A stretch of 64,000 nt of DNA from a bacterium. Lineage in GTDB: Bacteria; UBA8248. The stretch covers positions 1 through 64,000 of the forward strand of contig OY843592.1 in NCBI GenBank assembly GCA_963692865.2, read 5' to 3'. The notes beneath the pieces were generated by a model. That model made no database searches. It was not told the origin of the DNA and saw nothing but the letters and a program-made list of their open reading frames with translations. Made by a program: the position numbers and the translations under genes. This document shows, piece after piece, positions 1-11,011 of this stretch; positions within the stretch are counted from its first letter, which is position 1; every line of letters begins with the position of its first letter.

Positions 1-305
1 ACCCCATCCACTATGACGACGAGGCGGCGCGCGCAGGCGGTCTCGACGGCGTCATCGCCCACGGGATGCTCTCGATGGGCTTTCTCGGGCAATTCATCGA
101 AACCGCCTTCGGCGCGGGCAGCTACAAGAGGCTCGAAGTCCGTTTTCAGGGCATGGTGAAGCTCGGCGAGGTCATCACCTGCCGGGGCGTCGTGACCGAC
201 ATCGCGCAAGAGAGGGGCCGACAATACGCCGCCTGCGATATCGAGGCGGCAGACGCAAGCGGCCGCGTCGTCACCAGGGGTGAGGCGCAGGCCTGGCTGG
301 ACTGA
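1..305 (+). CDS. MaoC-family (hot-dog) dehydratase, 5'-truncated by window edge
   Basis: Frame from position 3 reads PIHYDDEAARAGGLDGVIAHGM, the MaoC hydratase motif. Confidence 0.85.
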   Translation, partial: PIHYDDEAARAGGLDGVIAHGMLSMGFLGQFIETAFGAGSYKRLEVRFQGMVKLGEVITCRGVVTDIAQERGRQYAACDIEAADASGRVVTRGEAQAWLD

Positions 306-329
306 AATCCAACGAAAGAGAGGAATTCC

Positions 330-1073
330 ATGAGACTCAAAAAAAAGAACGCCCTCGTCACGGGCGCGGCGCAGGGCATCGGACGCTCGGTATGCCGGCG
401 CTTCGCCGAAGAAGGCGCCAAGGTGCTCGTCGTCGACATGAACGAGGAAGGCGGCGAGGAGACGGCGCGCCTGATTAGAGACGCGGGCGGCGAGGCGCTC
501 TTCCACAAGGCCGACGTGAGCAGCCTCGCGGAAGTCGAGGGCGCGCTCGACGCGTCCGAAGCCGCGCACGGGCCGATAAACGTGATGGTGAACAACGCCG
601 GCATCGTCCGCGCGGCCATGCTCCACAAGATGAGCGAGGCGCAGTGGGATGATGTAATCGCCGTCCACCTCAAGGGCACGTGGGCGGGCATCCACGCGGC
701 GGCCAAGCGCATGATTCCCCGCAAGGAAGGCCGCATCATCAACGTCACATCGGGCGCGGGGCTTCGCGGCACCATCGGCCAGATCAACTACTCCTCCGCC
801 AAGATGGGCATCGTCGGCGCGACGCAGAGCGCGGCGCGTGAACTGGGGCGCCACAACATCACCGTGAACTGCGTCTCGCCTGCGGCCATCACCCCGATGA
901 CGGAGACGATCCGCACCGATGAGCGTTTCGAGTCGAAGTATCTTGAGCGCATCTGCCTGGGCCGGTGGGGCGAGCCCGAGGAGATGGCGGCGGGCTTCGT
1001 CTTCCTGGCGTCGGACGAAGCGAGCTACGTGACGGGCATCGTGCTCAGAATCGACGGTGGACTGGGGATGTAG
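330..1073 (+). CDS. SDR oxidoreductase, FabG-like 3-oxoacyl reductase
   Basis: TGAAQGIG, NNAG and YSSAK motifs. Confidence 0.9.
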   Translation: MRLKKKNALVTGAAQGIGRSVCRRFAEEGAKVLVVDMNEEGGEETARLIRDAGGEALFHKADVSSLAEVEGALDASEAAHGPINVMVNNAGIVRAAMLHKMSEAQWDDVIAVHLKGTWAGIHAAAKRMIPRKEGRIINVTSGAGLRGTIGQINYSSAKMGIVGATQSAARELGRHNITVNCVSPAAITPMTETIRTDERFESKYLERICLGRWGEPEEMAAGFVFLASDEASYVTGIVLRIDGGLGM

Positions 1074-1158
1074 GGGGAGGCGTCATGAACGCCCGAAGCA
1101 AGACGTTTACCCACAGGGGCGGTTCGCGAACGTGGGCCGCTTGATTTGCTCGGTTTCC

Positions 1159-1755
1159 GTAGGGACAGGTCGCGATCTGTCCCTCGTGAGAGCAAGGCGT
1201 GGAAGGCGAAGCGCTGCCACCGTGCCGTCATTCCGGCGAATGCCGGAATCCAGGTTTTTTTGAGATGAAGCAACCATGCGTATACATTCTCGCCAGCAAG
1301 CGTAACGGCACCCTCTATATCGGCGTCACCTCAGACCTCATCCGGCGAGTCTGGCAACACAAGAATGATATGGAAGAAGATTTCACGAAGCGTTACGGCG
1401 TCCACGAGTTGCTCTGGTACGAGAGTCATGAAACGATGGAGAGCGCGATTACGCGCGAGAAGAGGCTTAAAAACTGGACAAGGATGGGGAAAATCTCTTT
1501 GATTGAAGAGGGCAATCCGAGATGGCGCGATTTATATGAAGACCTCGTCGGTTCTGGATTCCGGCATTCGCCGGAATGACGTGGGGTCTTTTTATCGGAA
1601 GCGGGAAGAATTCAGGGTGTGGCCGGATGGAAAGGCCTTGAACCTGACGGAGCATTGCGAAGTTGCCGTCATTCCGGCGAATGCCGGAATCCAGGACCGA
1701 TCAATTTCTCTCTGATCCGGACATCTCGAACGGATAGAGATCAGCAACCGTAGGG
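1159..1755 (+). mobile_element. REP-bracketed GIY-YIG cassette, copy 1
   Basis: GTAG palindrome 1159-1185; CGTCATTCCGGCGAATGCCGGAATCCA at 1226-1252 (+), 1555-1581 (-) and 1667-1693 (+); colinear with 7665-8254. Confidence 0.7.
1265..1579 (+). CDS. Small stand-alone GIY-YIG nuclease (UPF0213-like)
   Basis: MKQPCVYILASKRNGTLYIGVTSDLIRRVWQH...AITREKRLKNW...LIEEGNP; the TGA stop lies inside the downstream palindrome. Confidence 0.9.
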   Translation: MKQPCVYILASKRNGTLYIGVTSDLIRRVWQHKNDMEEDFTKRYGVHELLWYESHETMESAITREKRLKNWTRMGKISLIEEGNPRWRDLYEDLVGSGFRHSPE

Positions 1756-1909
1756 GCGATTCCCTTTTCGGGACCGCCCCACCATTCGCGAACGGCCCCT
1801 ACAGACGAAAACCCTCGCTCCCCGTTCTCCCCATCTGGCATCCCCTTGGCGGGCCTGCTAGAATCGCCGCAGTATCACCCCGGTAAACAACGCAATCGGA
1901 GGAGCCGCC

Positions 1910-2938
1910 ATGAAGGCCATGATCCTGAAAGAGTTCGGCCGGCCCCTCGTCTACGAGGAGGCGCCCGAGCCCGAGATCGGCCCCCGCCAGGTGCTCGTCG
2001 AATCGAAGGCGAACGGCCTGTGCGCGACGGACCTCAAAATCGTGGACGGGAGCGTCAAGACGGCCCCCACGCCCCTGATGCTCGGCCATGAGAATTCAGG
2101 CGTCGTGCTCGAAGTCGGCGCGGAGGTCGAATCCGTCGCTCCCGGCGACCGCGTGGTCGTCGTGAGCAAACAGACCTGCGGGCGCTGCCGCATGTGCCGC
2201 GCCGGCCACGAGGAGATGTGCCTGAACTCGCCGGGACGCCTGGGAATCGAGATAGACGGCGGCTTCGGCCAGTTGGTCGCGGCCTCGGAGCGGAACCTCG
2301 TCAAAATCGGGGAGAACGTATCGCTGGCGGCGGCTTCTCTCATCGGCGGGACGCTCGGCTCCCCGCTCCACGCCATCCGCATGGCGCGTCCCGAACTCGG
2401 CGAGTGCGCCGTCATCTTCGGCGTCGGGGGCCTGGGGCTGCATGCCCTGCAGATACTCCGCCACCTGGGGGCGAACGTGATCGCCGTGGACGTGAAGGAG
2501 GAGAAGCTCGCCAAGGCGCGCGAACTCGGCGCGTTCGAGGCGGTGAACGCGATGGAGACCGACCCCGTGAAGGCCGTGATGGACATAACAGGGGGATTCG
2601 GGGCGGACATCGCGCTCGAGATCGTCGGCGGGGCCGCCGTGCCGCCCGTGCTCCAGCAGTGCATCGATCTGCTCCGGCCCGGCGGGCGCCTCGTCATCCT
2701 GGGCTATTCCTTCGGCCAGAAGGTGGAGATCGACCCCGCGCAACTCGTCTACAAGTGGATACAGATCGTCGCGTCGCACAACCATACCGTGCGCGACGTG
2801 GCCGACGCCGCGAGCCTGGTGAACGACGGCCGCGTGCGCGCGGTCATCACCGAGGAGGCCCCGATGCCGGACGCCAACGACGCGCTGGCCGCCCTTCGCG
2901 CGGGCGACCCGGTGGGCCGCATCGTGCTCACCTGGTGA
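1910..2938 (+). CDS. Zinc-binding alcohol dehydrogenase (MDR family)
   Basis: GLCATD, GHE, CGRCRMC...C structural Zn site, GVGGLG. Confidence 0.9.
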   Translation: MKAMILKEFGRPLVYEEAPEPEIGPRQVLVESKANGLCATDLKIVDGSVKTAPTPLMLGHENSGVVLEVGAEVESVAPGDRVVVVSKQTCGRCRMCRAGHEEMCLNSPGRLGIEIDGGFGQLVAASERNLVKIGENVSLAAASLIGGTLGSPLHAIRMARPELGECAVIFGVGGLGLHALQILRHLGANVIAVDVKEEKLAKARELGAFEAVNAMETDPVKAVMDITGGFGADIALEIVGGAAVPPVLQQCIDLLRPGGRLVILGYSFGQKVEIDPAQLVYKWIQIVASHNHTVRDVADAASLVNDGRVRAVITEEAPMPDANDALAALRAGDPVGRIVLTW

Positions 2939-3032
2939 GGCGCGCGCAGAGGACAGTCCTCAAGAAAACAACGAGCATTCCGATGAAACCATAGACCAAC
3001 GAAACCTTTACAACGCATCAGCAGGAGGCGGC

Positions 3033-4424
3033 ATGGCGTATCGAATCGAAACGGACAGCATGGGCGAGATCGAAGTGCCCGAGGAGAAATACTACGGCGC
3101 GCAGACGGCGCGCTCGCTCGTTCACTTCAAGATCGGCGGAGACCGCTTCCCGCGCGAGATCATCCGCGCGCTGGGGATTCTGAAGAAAGCCGCCGCGGTG
3201 ACGAACGAGGAGCTGGGAATCCTGGATTCGAAGAAGGCCGCGCTCATCACCCGGGCGGCGGACGAGGTGATCGCGGGCGATCTGGACGCGCACTTCCCGC
3301 TCGTCGTCTGGCAGACCGGCAGCGGCACGCAGACGAACATGAACGCCAACGAGGTCATCGCCAACCGCGCCATCGAACTGGCGGGCGGCGAGATGGGCTC
3401 CAAGGACCCGATCCACCCCAACGACGACGTGAACAAGGCGCAGTCCTCGAACGACACCTTCCCGACGGCGATGCACGTCGCGGCGGGCGAGCAGATGACG
3501 AAGAAGCTCATCCCCGCCGTGGAGACGCTCCGGACGACGCTCGCGCAGAAGGCCGAGGCCTTCGATTCGATCATCAAGATCGGCCGTACGCACTTGATGG
3601 ACGCCGTTCCCCTCACGCTGGGCCAGGAATTCTCGGGCTACGCCCAGCAGCTGGAAAACGGCCTCGCGCGCGTCAGGATGTCGCTCGACGGAATCTACGA
3701 ACTCGCGCTCGGCGGTACGGCGGTGGGCACGGGCCTCAACACGCACCCCGACTTCGCGGAGAAGGCCGCCGCCCGGATCGCGGAGATGACGGGGCTTCCC
3801 TTCCGCAGCGCGCCCAACAAGTTCGAGGCGCTCGCCGCGCACGATGCGGTCGTCTTCGCGAGCGGGGCGGTGAAGACGCTCGCGGCGTCGCTCATGAAGA
3901 TAGCGAACGACATCCGCATGCTGGCGTCCGGCCCCCGGTGCGGCGTGGGCGAGCTTCTCATCCCCGAGAACGAACCGGGAAGCTCCATTATGCCCGGCAA
4001 GGTGAACCCCACCCAGAGCGAGGCGATGACGATGGTGTGCGCCCAGGTGATGGGCAACGACGTGGCGGTGAACGTGGGCGGCGCGACGGGGCATTTCGAA
4101 CTGAACGTCTTCAAGCCCGTGATGATATTCAACCTGCTCAATTCCGTGCGCCTGCTGGCCGATGCGTGCGATTCGTTCAACGAGCACTGCGCGACGGGAA
4201 TCGAGCCGAACCGGCCCGCGATAGAGGGCTATCTCCAGAACTCGCTCATGCTCGTGACGGCGCTGAATCCCGTCATCGGCTACGACAACGCGGCCAAAGT
4301 GGCGAAAAAGGCGTTCGCCGAAGGCGGCACCCTGCGCGACGCTGCGATTGCGCTAGAGCTCCTCACGGGCGAGGAATTCGACGCGGCCGTCAGGCCCGAG
4401 AACATGATCGGGCCGAGAGGGTGA
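3033..4424 (+). CDS. fumC: Class II fumarate hydratase
   Basis: [15 protein letters not shown] signature, QSSNDTFPT. Confidence 0.97.
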   Translation: MAYRIETDSMGEIEVPEEKYYGAQTARSLVHFKIGGDRFPREIIRALGILKKAAAVTNEELGILDSKKAALITRAADEVIAGDLDAHFPLVVWQTGSGTQTNMNANEVIANRAIELAGGEMGSKDPIHPNDDVNKAQSSNDTFPTAMHVAAGEQMTKKLIPAVETLRTTLAQKAEAFDSIIKIGRTHLMDAVPLTLGQEFSGYAQQLENGLARVRMSLDGIYELALGGTAVGTGLNTHPDFAEKAAARIAEMTGLPFRSAPNKFEALAAHDAVVFASGAVKTLAASLMKIANDIRMLASGPRCGVGELLIPENEPGSSIMPGKVNPTQSEAMTMVCAQVMGNDVAVNVGGATGHFELNVFKPVMIFNLLNSVRLLADACDSFNEHCATGIEPNRPAIEGYLQNSLMLVTALNPVIGYDNAAKVAKKAFAEGGTLRDAAIALELLTGEEFDAAVRPENMIGPRG

Positions 4425-4534
4425 GGGAGGAGCCCCGCTAATTTGCCCTCCCAACCCGCAGGGACAACCCTTTCGGGTTGGCCAGCCTCCTGTGGTCGTC
4501 CCTTTTCAAGGCAGGCAATAGGGCCTTGGCCCTG

Positions 4535-5668
4535 CTATGAAACAGCCTCCTGAAGCCGCGCCCAGAGGTATTCCGCGTCCGCATCCGTGAGGGGATCGGG
4601 GGAGATGAAGATTCCCGACTCGCCGGATACGCCGAGTTGAACCCGCACCTCGCACGCCCACAGCGCGCGGGCGACCTCATCGCGCGTTTTCCCGAGCGTT
4701 TCCTCGTCGATTTCGACGACGACTTCGGGCAAATCCTGCCCCAGGGAGTTCGGGCGCCTCAGACGCGGCGAGAGCCCCTTCATTCCGGCCAGGCGCTCCA
4801 TGAAGAACTCGCACCACCGCTCGTTGTGGGCGTATTGCTCCGCCTCGCCGCCGTCGAGATAATGCTCGAGCGCGCATAGCAAACCCACGACGTCGTCGCG
4901 CCCCGCCTTCATGGGCCGGCCGACCGAATACCTGGGGCTTCCCATCATGGCGCATGCCGCGACGATCTCCTTCTTGCCCAGGATGACCCCCGTGTTCTGC
5001 GGCCCGCCGATGCTCTTCCCCCCGCTGAAGATGGCGGCGTCGGCCCCCATTTCCTCGGTGTAGCGCCAAAGATTGGCCGACGGGGGAAGCTGCGCCGCGG
5101 CGTCCACGACCACGGGCACGTTGTTGGCGTGCGCGATCTCGATGATGGTCTCGAGCTTCAGGATGTTCTCGCCCGCGTAGCGGCCCGGAAAATAAAAGAC
5201 GCCCGCCGTTTTCTCGCCGATGGCCTCTTCGAGCTCCCAGGGGTGGGTCTGGCGGTGCGAGCCGATCTCCACGAGCCGCGCGCCCGCCTGGCGGATGTTG
5301 ATGTCGTAGTGGTTTCTCTGGAAGCGGTGGATCACGATCTCGTTCTTGAGACCGTCGGTGAAGGGGAGCCTGTCCATGAGGGCCGGGTTCTTGCCCGTGA
5401 TGCAGGCCGCGGCGCACAGCACGAGGCCGGCGGCGGAGCCGCTCGTCACGTAGGCCGCCTCGTTTCGCGTCATCCCGGCGATTCGCGCGCCCGCCTTCGC
5501 GTGCAACTCGTTCATGTCCACCTGGGCGGCGTTCGCCTCCCGCATGGCGGCCCACACCTCGGGCCTCATTTTCGAGCCGCCGAAGACGGTCTGGCGCGTG
5601 CGCGCGCTGATGACGCGGCGGACGCCGAGGTCATGCAAGAATCTGGGGTCTTGCGCGGATTCGTTAAT
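4535..5668 (-). CDS. SelA-like/DgaE-family PLP-dependent enzyme; start uncertain (possibly ATT at 5668)
   Basis: LGVRRVISA..TVFGGS, VDAAAQ, FSGGKSIGGPQ, GRPMKAGR. Confidence 0.8.
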   Translation of the reverse strand: MNESAQDPRFLHDLGVRRVISARTRQTVFGGSKMRPEVWAAMREANAAQVDMNELHAKAGARIAGMTRNEAAYVTSGSAAGLVLCAAACITGKNPALMDRLPFTDGLKNEIVIHRFQRNHYDINIRQAGARLVEIGSHRQTHPWELEEAIGEKTAGVFYFPGRYAGENILKLETIIEIAHANNVPVVVDAAAQLPPSANLWRYTEEMGADAAIFSGGKSIGGPQNTGVILGKKEIVAACAMMGSPRYSVGRPMKAGRDDVVGLLCALEHYLDGGEAEQYAHNERWCEFFMERLAGMKGLSPRLRRPNSLGQDLPEVVVEIDEETLGKTRDEVARALWACEVRVQLGVSGESGIFISPDPLTDADAEYLWARLQEAVS

Positions 5669-5679
5669 CGCCTTGCTCC

Positions 5680-6426
5680 TCAGCCTGAGGTGGAATAGCG
5701 CACCGCCGCGCCTTGAAGGAGAATCCACGATGCGTCTTCGGTCTTTCCGAATAAAGATAGGGTGTGAAAACCCTCTTCATCTCGGGAGAAGCGCCTCTCG
5801 AATTCAACCTTGAAAGCCTGCGACGCTTCACGAGGCGCGATCTCCAAATCGATGGATTCGAGCGGCGCGCCGTCCAGCCCCACGCCCAGAAGCAGCGGCG
5901 AGGCGGCGTTTTCGCTCCTCACGCGGCCCTCGATAGTAAGATGCGCCTCCTCCTCTCCCCATACGAGAAAAGAGACGGCGAGGTCCGGCGATATCTCGCG
6001 CCATTCGCCCCCAGGAACCGCCGCATCCGCGCGCAGGCTTTGCCGCCACTCGACAGGCATCCGATTGTGCCGGCTCAGGATGAGCGTCCTGTGCTCGGGC
6101 CTGTCCGCCCAGTGGTAGTGTTTGGGCCTGCTCTCGTAGGGCCTTCCCATGCCGACGAGCAGGGCCGCCGCGTCGCCGCGCATCACCTCCTCGCCGTCCA
6201 AAGTCTCATGCCCGGTGGTCGAAGCGATCAGCTTCACGCGCTCGCGTCCTGCATCCCACGTCGCGTAGACGTACTGCACCGTATCGACGGGTGGCCGCGA
6301 GGCCACGTTGGGCGGAGGTTCCTGCAGAACGCGCAGCCGCCCGCCGATACGGATCTCCTCACCGCCGCGGCGCACGAGTTCGAGCTGGTGGAAGCCCCGG
6401 TATTCGAGACGGCACGGCTGGGTCAT
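5680..6426 (-). CDS. Hypothetical protein
   Basis: Long ORF with GGAGGAG RBS before ATG 6426; its stop overlaps the RBS of the next gene. Confidence 0.65.
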   Translation of the reverse strand: MTQPCRLEYRGFHQLELVRRGGEEIRIGGRLRVLQEPPPNVASRPPVDTVQYVYATWDAGRERVKLIASTTGHETLDGEEVMRGDAAALLVGMGRPYESRPKHYHWADRPEHRTLILSRHNRMPVEWRQSLRADAAVPGGEWREISPDLAVSFLVWGEEEAHLTIEGRVRSENAASPLLLGVGLDGAPLESIDLEIAPREASQAFKVEFERRFSRDEEGFHTLSLFGKTEDASWILLQGAAVRYSTSG

Positions 6427-6566
6427 GGAGGCTCCTCCATCGGAAGCGCGCTTTTCGTTGTTCGATGCGCCCATCATATCACGATGTGCGCGCGGGATGG
6501 ATCGTGTATCATGGCGCCGCGCCGCCGCCCGGCGGCGTTTTCTTTATCGACTACAGGAGTTTCGAG

Positions 6567-7610
6567 ATGCGCATTACGACCACCCTTCCGATGGACGATC
6601 TGAACAAAGCGGGTCCCGCCGCACGCGATATCGAGGCGGCGGGCTATGACGGCGCCATGACCATGGAGAACGCGCACCACCCGTTTCTGCCCCTGGCGGT
6701 GGCGGCGGTGGAGACCGGGCGCGTGGAGCTTCTGACCGCCGTGGCCATCGCCTTCCCCAGAAGCCCCATGGTGTGCGCGAACGCCGCGTGGGACCTGCAG
6801 GTCGCCTCGGGCGGGAGGTTCGTCCTGGGGCTCGGCCCGCAGATCAGGGCGCACAACGTGCGGCGCTTCAGCGTGCCCTGGAGCGCGCCCGCGGCGAGGA
6901 TGCGCGAATACGTGGAATCGCTCCGCGCGATATGGCGCGCGTGGCGGAACGGGGAAAAGCTTGATTACCAGGGCGAACACTACCAGTTCAGCCTCATGAC
7001 GCCCGCCTTCACGCCGCCCTCGGGAGGGCAGCCCATGACGCCCGTCACCATCGCGGCGGTGGGGCCGGGGATGCTCTCCGTCGCGGGACGCCGCTGCGAC
7101 GGCGTGCGTCTGCATCCGTTTTGTACGAGCAGGTATTTCGAGGAGTTCTGCCTGCCGAAGCTCACCGGGGGATTCACAGAGAACGGGATTACGCGCGAGC
7201 AGTTCGAAATAACGGGCGGGGGCTACGTCGTCACGGGGCGCGACGAGGAGGCCATCAGGCGCGGAATGGACGAGGTGAAGGTGCGCCTCGGTTTTTACGG
7301 CTCCACGCCCGATTACTGGCCCGTGCTCGAGATGCACGGCTACGGCGATCTGGGGCGTAAGCTCAGGCAGATGACGCGCGAGGGGAAATGGGACGCGCTC
7401 GCGGGCGAGATTCCGGACGACCTGGTACGCCTCTTCGCCGCCGTGGGCGTGCACGGGGAGATCAGGGGAGCGATAGAGGCGCGCTTTGCGAACGGCGTCG
7501 ACACACTCTACGCGGGCATGCTCCCCACGGCGGACAGGGACCTGCCGCCGGACCTGATTCAGGACATACAGGCGATACCGGTGGCGTTCGAGGGGTATGC
7601 GGAGCGGTAG
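6567..7610 (+). CDS. LLM-class (probably F420-dependent) oxidoreductase
   Basis: AVAIAFPRSPM, GRFVLGLGPQIRAH, FYGSTPDY; AGGAG RBS. Confidence 0.85.
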   Translation: MRITTTLPMDDLNKAGPAARDIEAAGYDGAMTMENAHHPFLPLAVAAVETGRVELLTAVAIAFPRSPMVCANAAWDLQVASGGRFVLGLGPQIRAHNVRRFSVPWSAPAARMREYVESLRAIWRAWRNGEKLDYQGEHYQFSLMTPAFTPPSGGQPMTPVTIAAVGPGMLSVAGRRCDGVRLHPFCTSRYFEEFCLPKLTGGFTENGITREQFEITGGGYVVTGRDEEAIRRGMDEVKVRLGFYGSTPDYWPVLEMHGYGDLGRKLRQMTREGKWDALAGEIPDDLVRLFAAVGVHGEIRGAIEARFANGVDTLYAGMLPTADRDLPPDLIQDIQAIPVAFEGYAER

Positions 7611-7664
7611 GGGATGGCGTGGAGACGCCTTGGGTAGTGACAGCCCCTCCTCGGGGCTGTCCCA

Positions 7665-8254
7665 CAGGTCGCGACCTGTCCCTATGAGATCAAGGCATGG
7701 AAGGCGATGCGCCGCCACCGTGCCGTCATTCCGGCGCATGCCGGAATCCAGGGTTTTCGAGATGAAGCAACCATGCGTATACATTCTTGCCAGCAAGCGT
7801 AACGGCACACTCTATATCGGCGTCACCTCAGACCTCATACGGCGGGTCTGGAGACACAAAAATGATTTGGCAGAAAGCTTCACGAAGCGTTTTACGGCAT
7901 CCATAAGCTAGTCTGGCACCAGAGCCATGAAACAATGGAGAGCGCAATTACGCATGAGAAGAGGCTCAAAAACTGGCCGCGGTCTTGGAAAATCGGGTTA
8001 ATTGAAGAGAGGAATCCTGAATGGAATGACTTGTTTGGAGACCTCATCGGCTCTGGATTCCGGCATTCGCCGGAATGACGGTGGGTTTGCTTATCGGAAG
8101 CGAGAAGAATTGGGGTGTGGCCGAATGGAAAAGCTCTTGAACCAGACGGAGCGTTGCAAAATTGTCGTCATTCCGGCGCATGCCGGAATCCAGGACAGAG
8201 CAATTATTCTCCGATTTTGGACATCTCGAATGTCAGGCATTTACGATTGTAGGG
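7665..8254 (+). mobile_element. REP-bracketed GIY-YIG cassette, copy 2
   Basis: CGTC palindromes at 7724-7750 (+), 8054-8080 (-) and 8166-8192 (+); flanks and spacers homologous to copy 1. Confidence 0.7.
7762..8078 (+). pseudogene. GIY-YIG nuclease, frameshifted paralog of 1265..1579
   Basis: Same N-terminus; 2 extra T at ~7891 (AAGCGTTTTACGGC vs AAGCGTTACGGC); the shifted frame continues YGIHKLVWHQSHETMESAITHEKRLKNWPRSWKIGLIEERNP to the TGA in the REP. Confidence 0.85.
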
Positions 8255-8305
8255 ACAGGCGCAGGGGCCTATCCCTACGAAACCACCGAAAGTCGTAAGG
8301 AGCCC

Positions 8306-11011
8306 CTAATTCTCGCCGCTCTTCAAAAGCTGCCGCAGCACGTACTGCAGGATGCCGCCGTGCTGGTAGTAGGAGACCTCGTTCGGCGTGTCGATGCGCA
8401 CGACCGCGTCGAAGACGACCGCCTCGCCGCCGCCCTCCGGCGCGGCGGTGACGCGCACCTCCCTGGCTTCGCCCTGCTCGATTCCCTCGATGTCGAAGGT
8501 CTCGCGGCCCGTCAGCCCCAGTCCTTCGGCTGAATCGCCCGGCTTGAACTGGAGCGGCAGCACGCCCATTCCCACGAGGTTCGAGCGGTGGATGCGCTCG
8601 AAGCTCTCGGCGATGACGGCGCGGATGCCGAGCAGGCTCGACCCCTTGGCGGCCCAGTCGCGCGAGGAGCCCGTGCCGTACTCCTTGCCGCCCAGCACGA
8701 CGAGCGGAATCCCCGCCTCCTGGTACTGCATCGCCGCGTCGTAGATGGGCATGACCTCGTTCGTCGGGAAATAGGTGGTGAAGCCGCCCTCGGTGCCCGG
8801 CGCCGCCCGGTTGCGCAGGCGCACGTTCGAGAAGGTGCCGCGCATCATCACCTCGTGGTTCCCCCGCCTTGAGCCGTAAGAGTTGAAATCGGCGGGCAGC
8901 ACGTCGTTCATCACCAGGAAATGTCCGCCCGGGCTGTCGCGCTTGATGGAGCCGGCCGGCGAGATGTGGTCCGTCGTCACCGAATCGCCCAGAAGCGCCA
9001 GGCAGCGCGCGCCCCGGACGTCCTCGACCGGCTCGGGTTCGGCCTTCATGCCGTCGAAATAGGGCGCTTTCCGGATGTAGGTGGACATGTCGTCCCAATC
9101 GAACAGGCCGCCCTCGGGCGTGGGGATTCCCTGCCAGCGCAGATCGCCCCGGAAGACGTCGCCGTAGCTTCTCTGGAACATATCGGCCTTCACGTGGTTC
9201 ATCACCACGTCCTGAAGCTCGCTCTGGGTGGGCCAGATGTCCCGGAGATATACCGGGTTTCCGTCCCCATCCTCGCCCAGGGGGTCTCTCGCGATGTCGA
9301 GATCCATGCGCCCGGCGATGGCGTAGGCCACTACGAGGGGCGGCGAGGCCAGGAAGTTCATGCGCACTTCCGCGTGGACGCGGCCCTCGAAGTTCCGGTT
9401 GCCCGATAGCACCGAGCAGGCGACGAGGTCGCCCTCGGCCACGGCTTGTGAGATGTGCGCGGGCAGCGGGCCCGAGTTCCCGATGCAGGTGGTGCAGCCG
9501 TAGCCCACGTTGTGAAAGCCGAGCGCCTCGAGATAGGGCGTGAGGCCCGCGCTCCTGAGATATTCCGTCACCACCATCGAACCCGGCGCGAGGGAGGTCT
9601 TGACCCAGGGCTTGGTCTTGAGGCCGCGTTCAGCGGCCTTTTTCGCCACCAGACCCGCGCCCAGCATGACGGTGGGGTTCGAGGTGTTCGTGCAGCTCGT
9701 AATCGCCGCGATGACGACCGCCCCGTGCGTTATCTCGTACGTTTTCGTCCCGTCCCGCACGGTGACGGCCGCGGGCGCGGCGACCGCGCCGCCCTCCCCG
9801 CCGCCGATTTCGGCCAGCATCTTGTCGAGTTCGCGCTCGAAGGTGGCGCCGGCGTCCGTGAGTTCGATGCGGTCCTGCGGACGTTTGGGGCCCGAGATGC
9901 TCGGGACGACGTCGCCCAGGTCCAGTTCCAGCGTGTCGGTGTAGACGGCCTCGGGGGAATCCGCCTCGCGGAACATGCCCTGCGCTCTGGCGTAGGCCTC
10001 CACGAGCGCGATCTGCTCGGCGGGCCTGCTCGTGAGCTCCATGTACTTGAGGGTTTCGCCATCGATGGGGAAGATGCCGCAGGTGGCGCCGTACTCAGGC
10101 GCCATGTTGGCGAGCGTCGCGCGGTCGGCGAGCGGCAGGTTGTCGAGACCCGGCCCGTAGAACTCCACGAACTTGCCCACGACGCCCTTTTCCCTCAGCA
10201 TCTGCACGACCACGAGCACCAGGTCGGTCGCCGTGGCGCCCTCTCTCAGGTCGCCCGAGAGCCTGAAGCCCACCACGTCGGGGATGAGCATCGAGTAGGG
10301 CTGGCCCAGCATGGCGGCTTCGGCCTCGATGCCGCCCACGCCCCAGCCCAGGACGCCGATGCCGTTGATCATCGTGGTGTGCGAATCCGTGCCCACGACG
10401 GTGTCGGGAAAGGCGCGCGTCGCGCCTCCCTTTTCGTCCGTGCCCACCACCGGGGCGAGGAACTCCAGGTTCACCTGATGGACGATGCCAGTGTCGGGCG
10501 GCACGGCGCGGAAGTTGTCAAAAGCGTTCTGCGCCCAGCGCAGGAAGGCGTAGCGCTCGGTGTTGCGGTCGTATTCGAGCTGCGCGTTCGCCTCGAGCGC
10601 CGTTTCGGCGCCGAACTCGTCCACCTGCACGGAGTGGTCGATCACCAGGTCGACGGGCTGTAAGGGATTGATGGAGTCGGGGTCGCCGCCCAACTCCTTC
10701 ATGGCGTCGCGCATGGCGGCGAGGTCGACCACCACGGGAACGCCGGTATAATCCTGCAGGAGCACGCGGCTCGGCATGAAGCCGATCTCTTTCGCCTCGT
10801 TCTTCTTCGCGTCCCAGGAGGCGAGCGCCTCGACGTCGGCGGCGCTCACGGCGCGGCCGTCCTCGTTTCTGAGCAGGTTCTCCAGCAACACCTTCATGGC
10901 GTAGGGGAGCCTGTCTATGTCGCCCTTATGTTTCAGCGCGTCGATTCGGTATATCTCATAGATTTTCCCGCCGACTTCGAGTTCTGCGCGGGCGTTGAAG
11001 CTGTTGGTCAT
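8306..11011 (-). CDS. acnA: Aconitate hydratase A
   Basis: [41 protein letters not shown]. Confidence 0.97.
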   Translation of the reverse strand: MTNSFNARAELEVGGKIYEIYRIDALKHKGDIDRLPYAMKVLLENLLRNEDGRAVSAADVEALASWDAKKNEAKEIGFMPSRVLLQDYTGVPVVVDLAAMRDAMKELGGDPDSINPLQPVDLVIDHSVQVDEFGAETALEANAQLEYDRNTERYAFLRWAQNAFDNFRAVPPDTGIVHQVNLEFLAPVVGTDEKGGATRAFPDTVVGTDSHTTMINGIGVLGWGVGGIEAEAAMLGQPYSMLIPDVVGFRLSGDLREGATATDLVLVVVQMLREKGVVGKFVEFYGPGLDNLPLADRATLANMAPEYGATCGIFPIDGETLKYMELTSRPAEQIALVEAYARAQGMFREADSPEAVYTDTLELDLGDVVPSISGPKRPQDRIELTDAGATFERELDKMLAEIGGGEGGAVAAPAAVTVRDGTKTYEITHGAVVIAAITSCTNTSNPTVMLGAGLVAKKAAERGLKTKPWVKTSLAPGSMVVTEYLRSAGLTPYLEALGFHNVGYGCTTCIGNSGPLPAHISQAVAEGDLVACSVLSGNRNFEGRVHAEVRMNFLASPPLVVAYAIAGRMDLDIARDPLGEDGDGNPVYLRDIWPTQSELQDVVMNHVKADMFQRSYGDVFRGDLRWQGIPTPEGGLFDWDDMSTYIRKAPYFDGMKAEPEPVEDVRGARCLALLGDSVTTDHISPAGSIKRDSPGGHFLVMNDVLPADFNSYGSRRGNHEVMMRGTFSNVRLRNRAAPGTEGGFTTYFPTNEVMPIYDAAMQYQEAGIPLVVLGGKEYGTGSSRDWAAKGSSLLGIRAVIAESFERIHRSNLVGMGVLPLQFKPGDSAEGLGLTGRETFDIEGIEQGEAREVRVTAAPEGGGEAVVFDAVVRIDTPNEVSYYQHGGILQYVLRQLLKSGEN

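Noticed and set aside
1226-1693. Three ~27-bp palindromic repeats as a CRISPR array
   Set aside because: Alternating orientation, irregular spacing (one interval is a gene), no cas genes; they are REP-like
4535-5668. Calling this selA (selenocysteine synthase)
   Set aside because: Shorter than SelA, lacks its N-terminal domain, and no selB/selC nearby; fits the SelA-like/DgaE group
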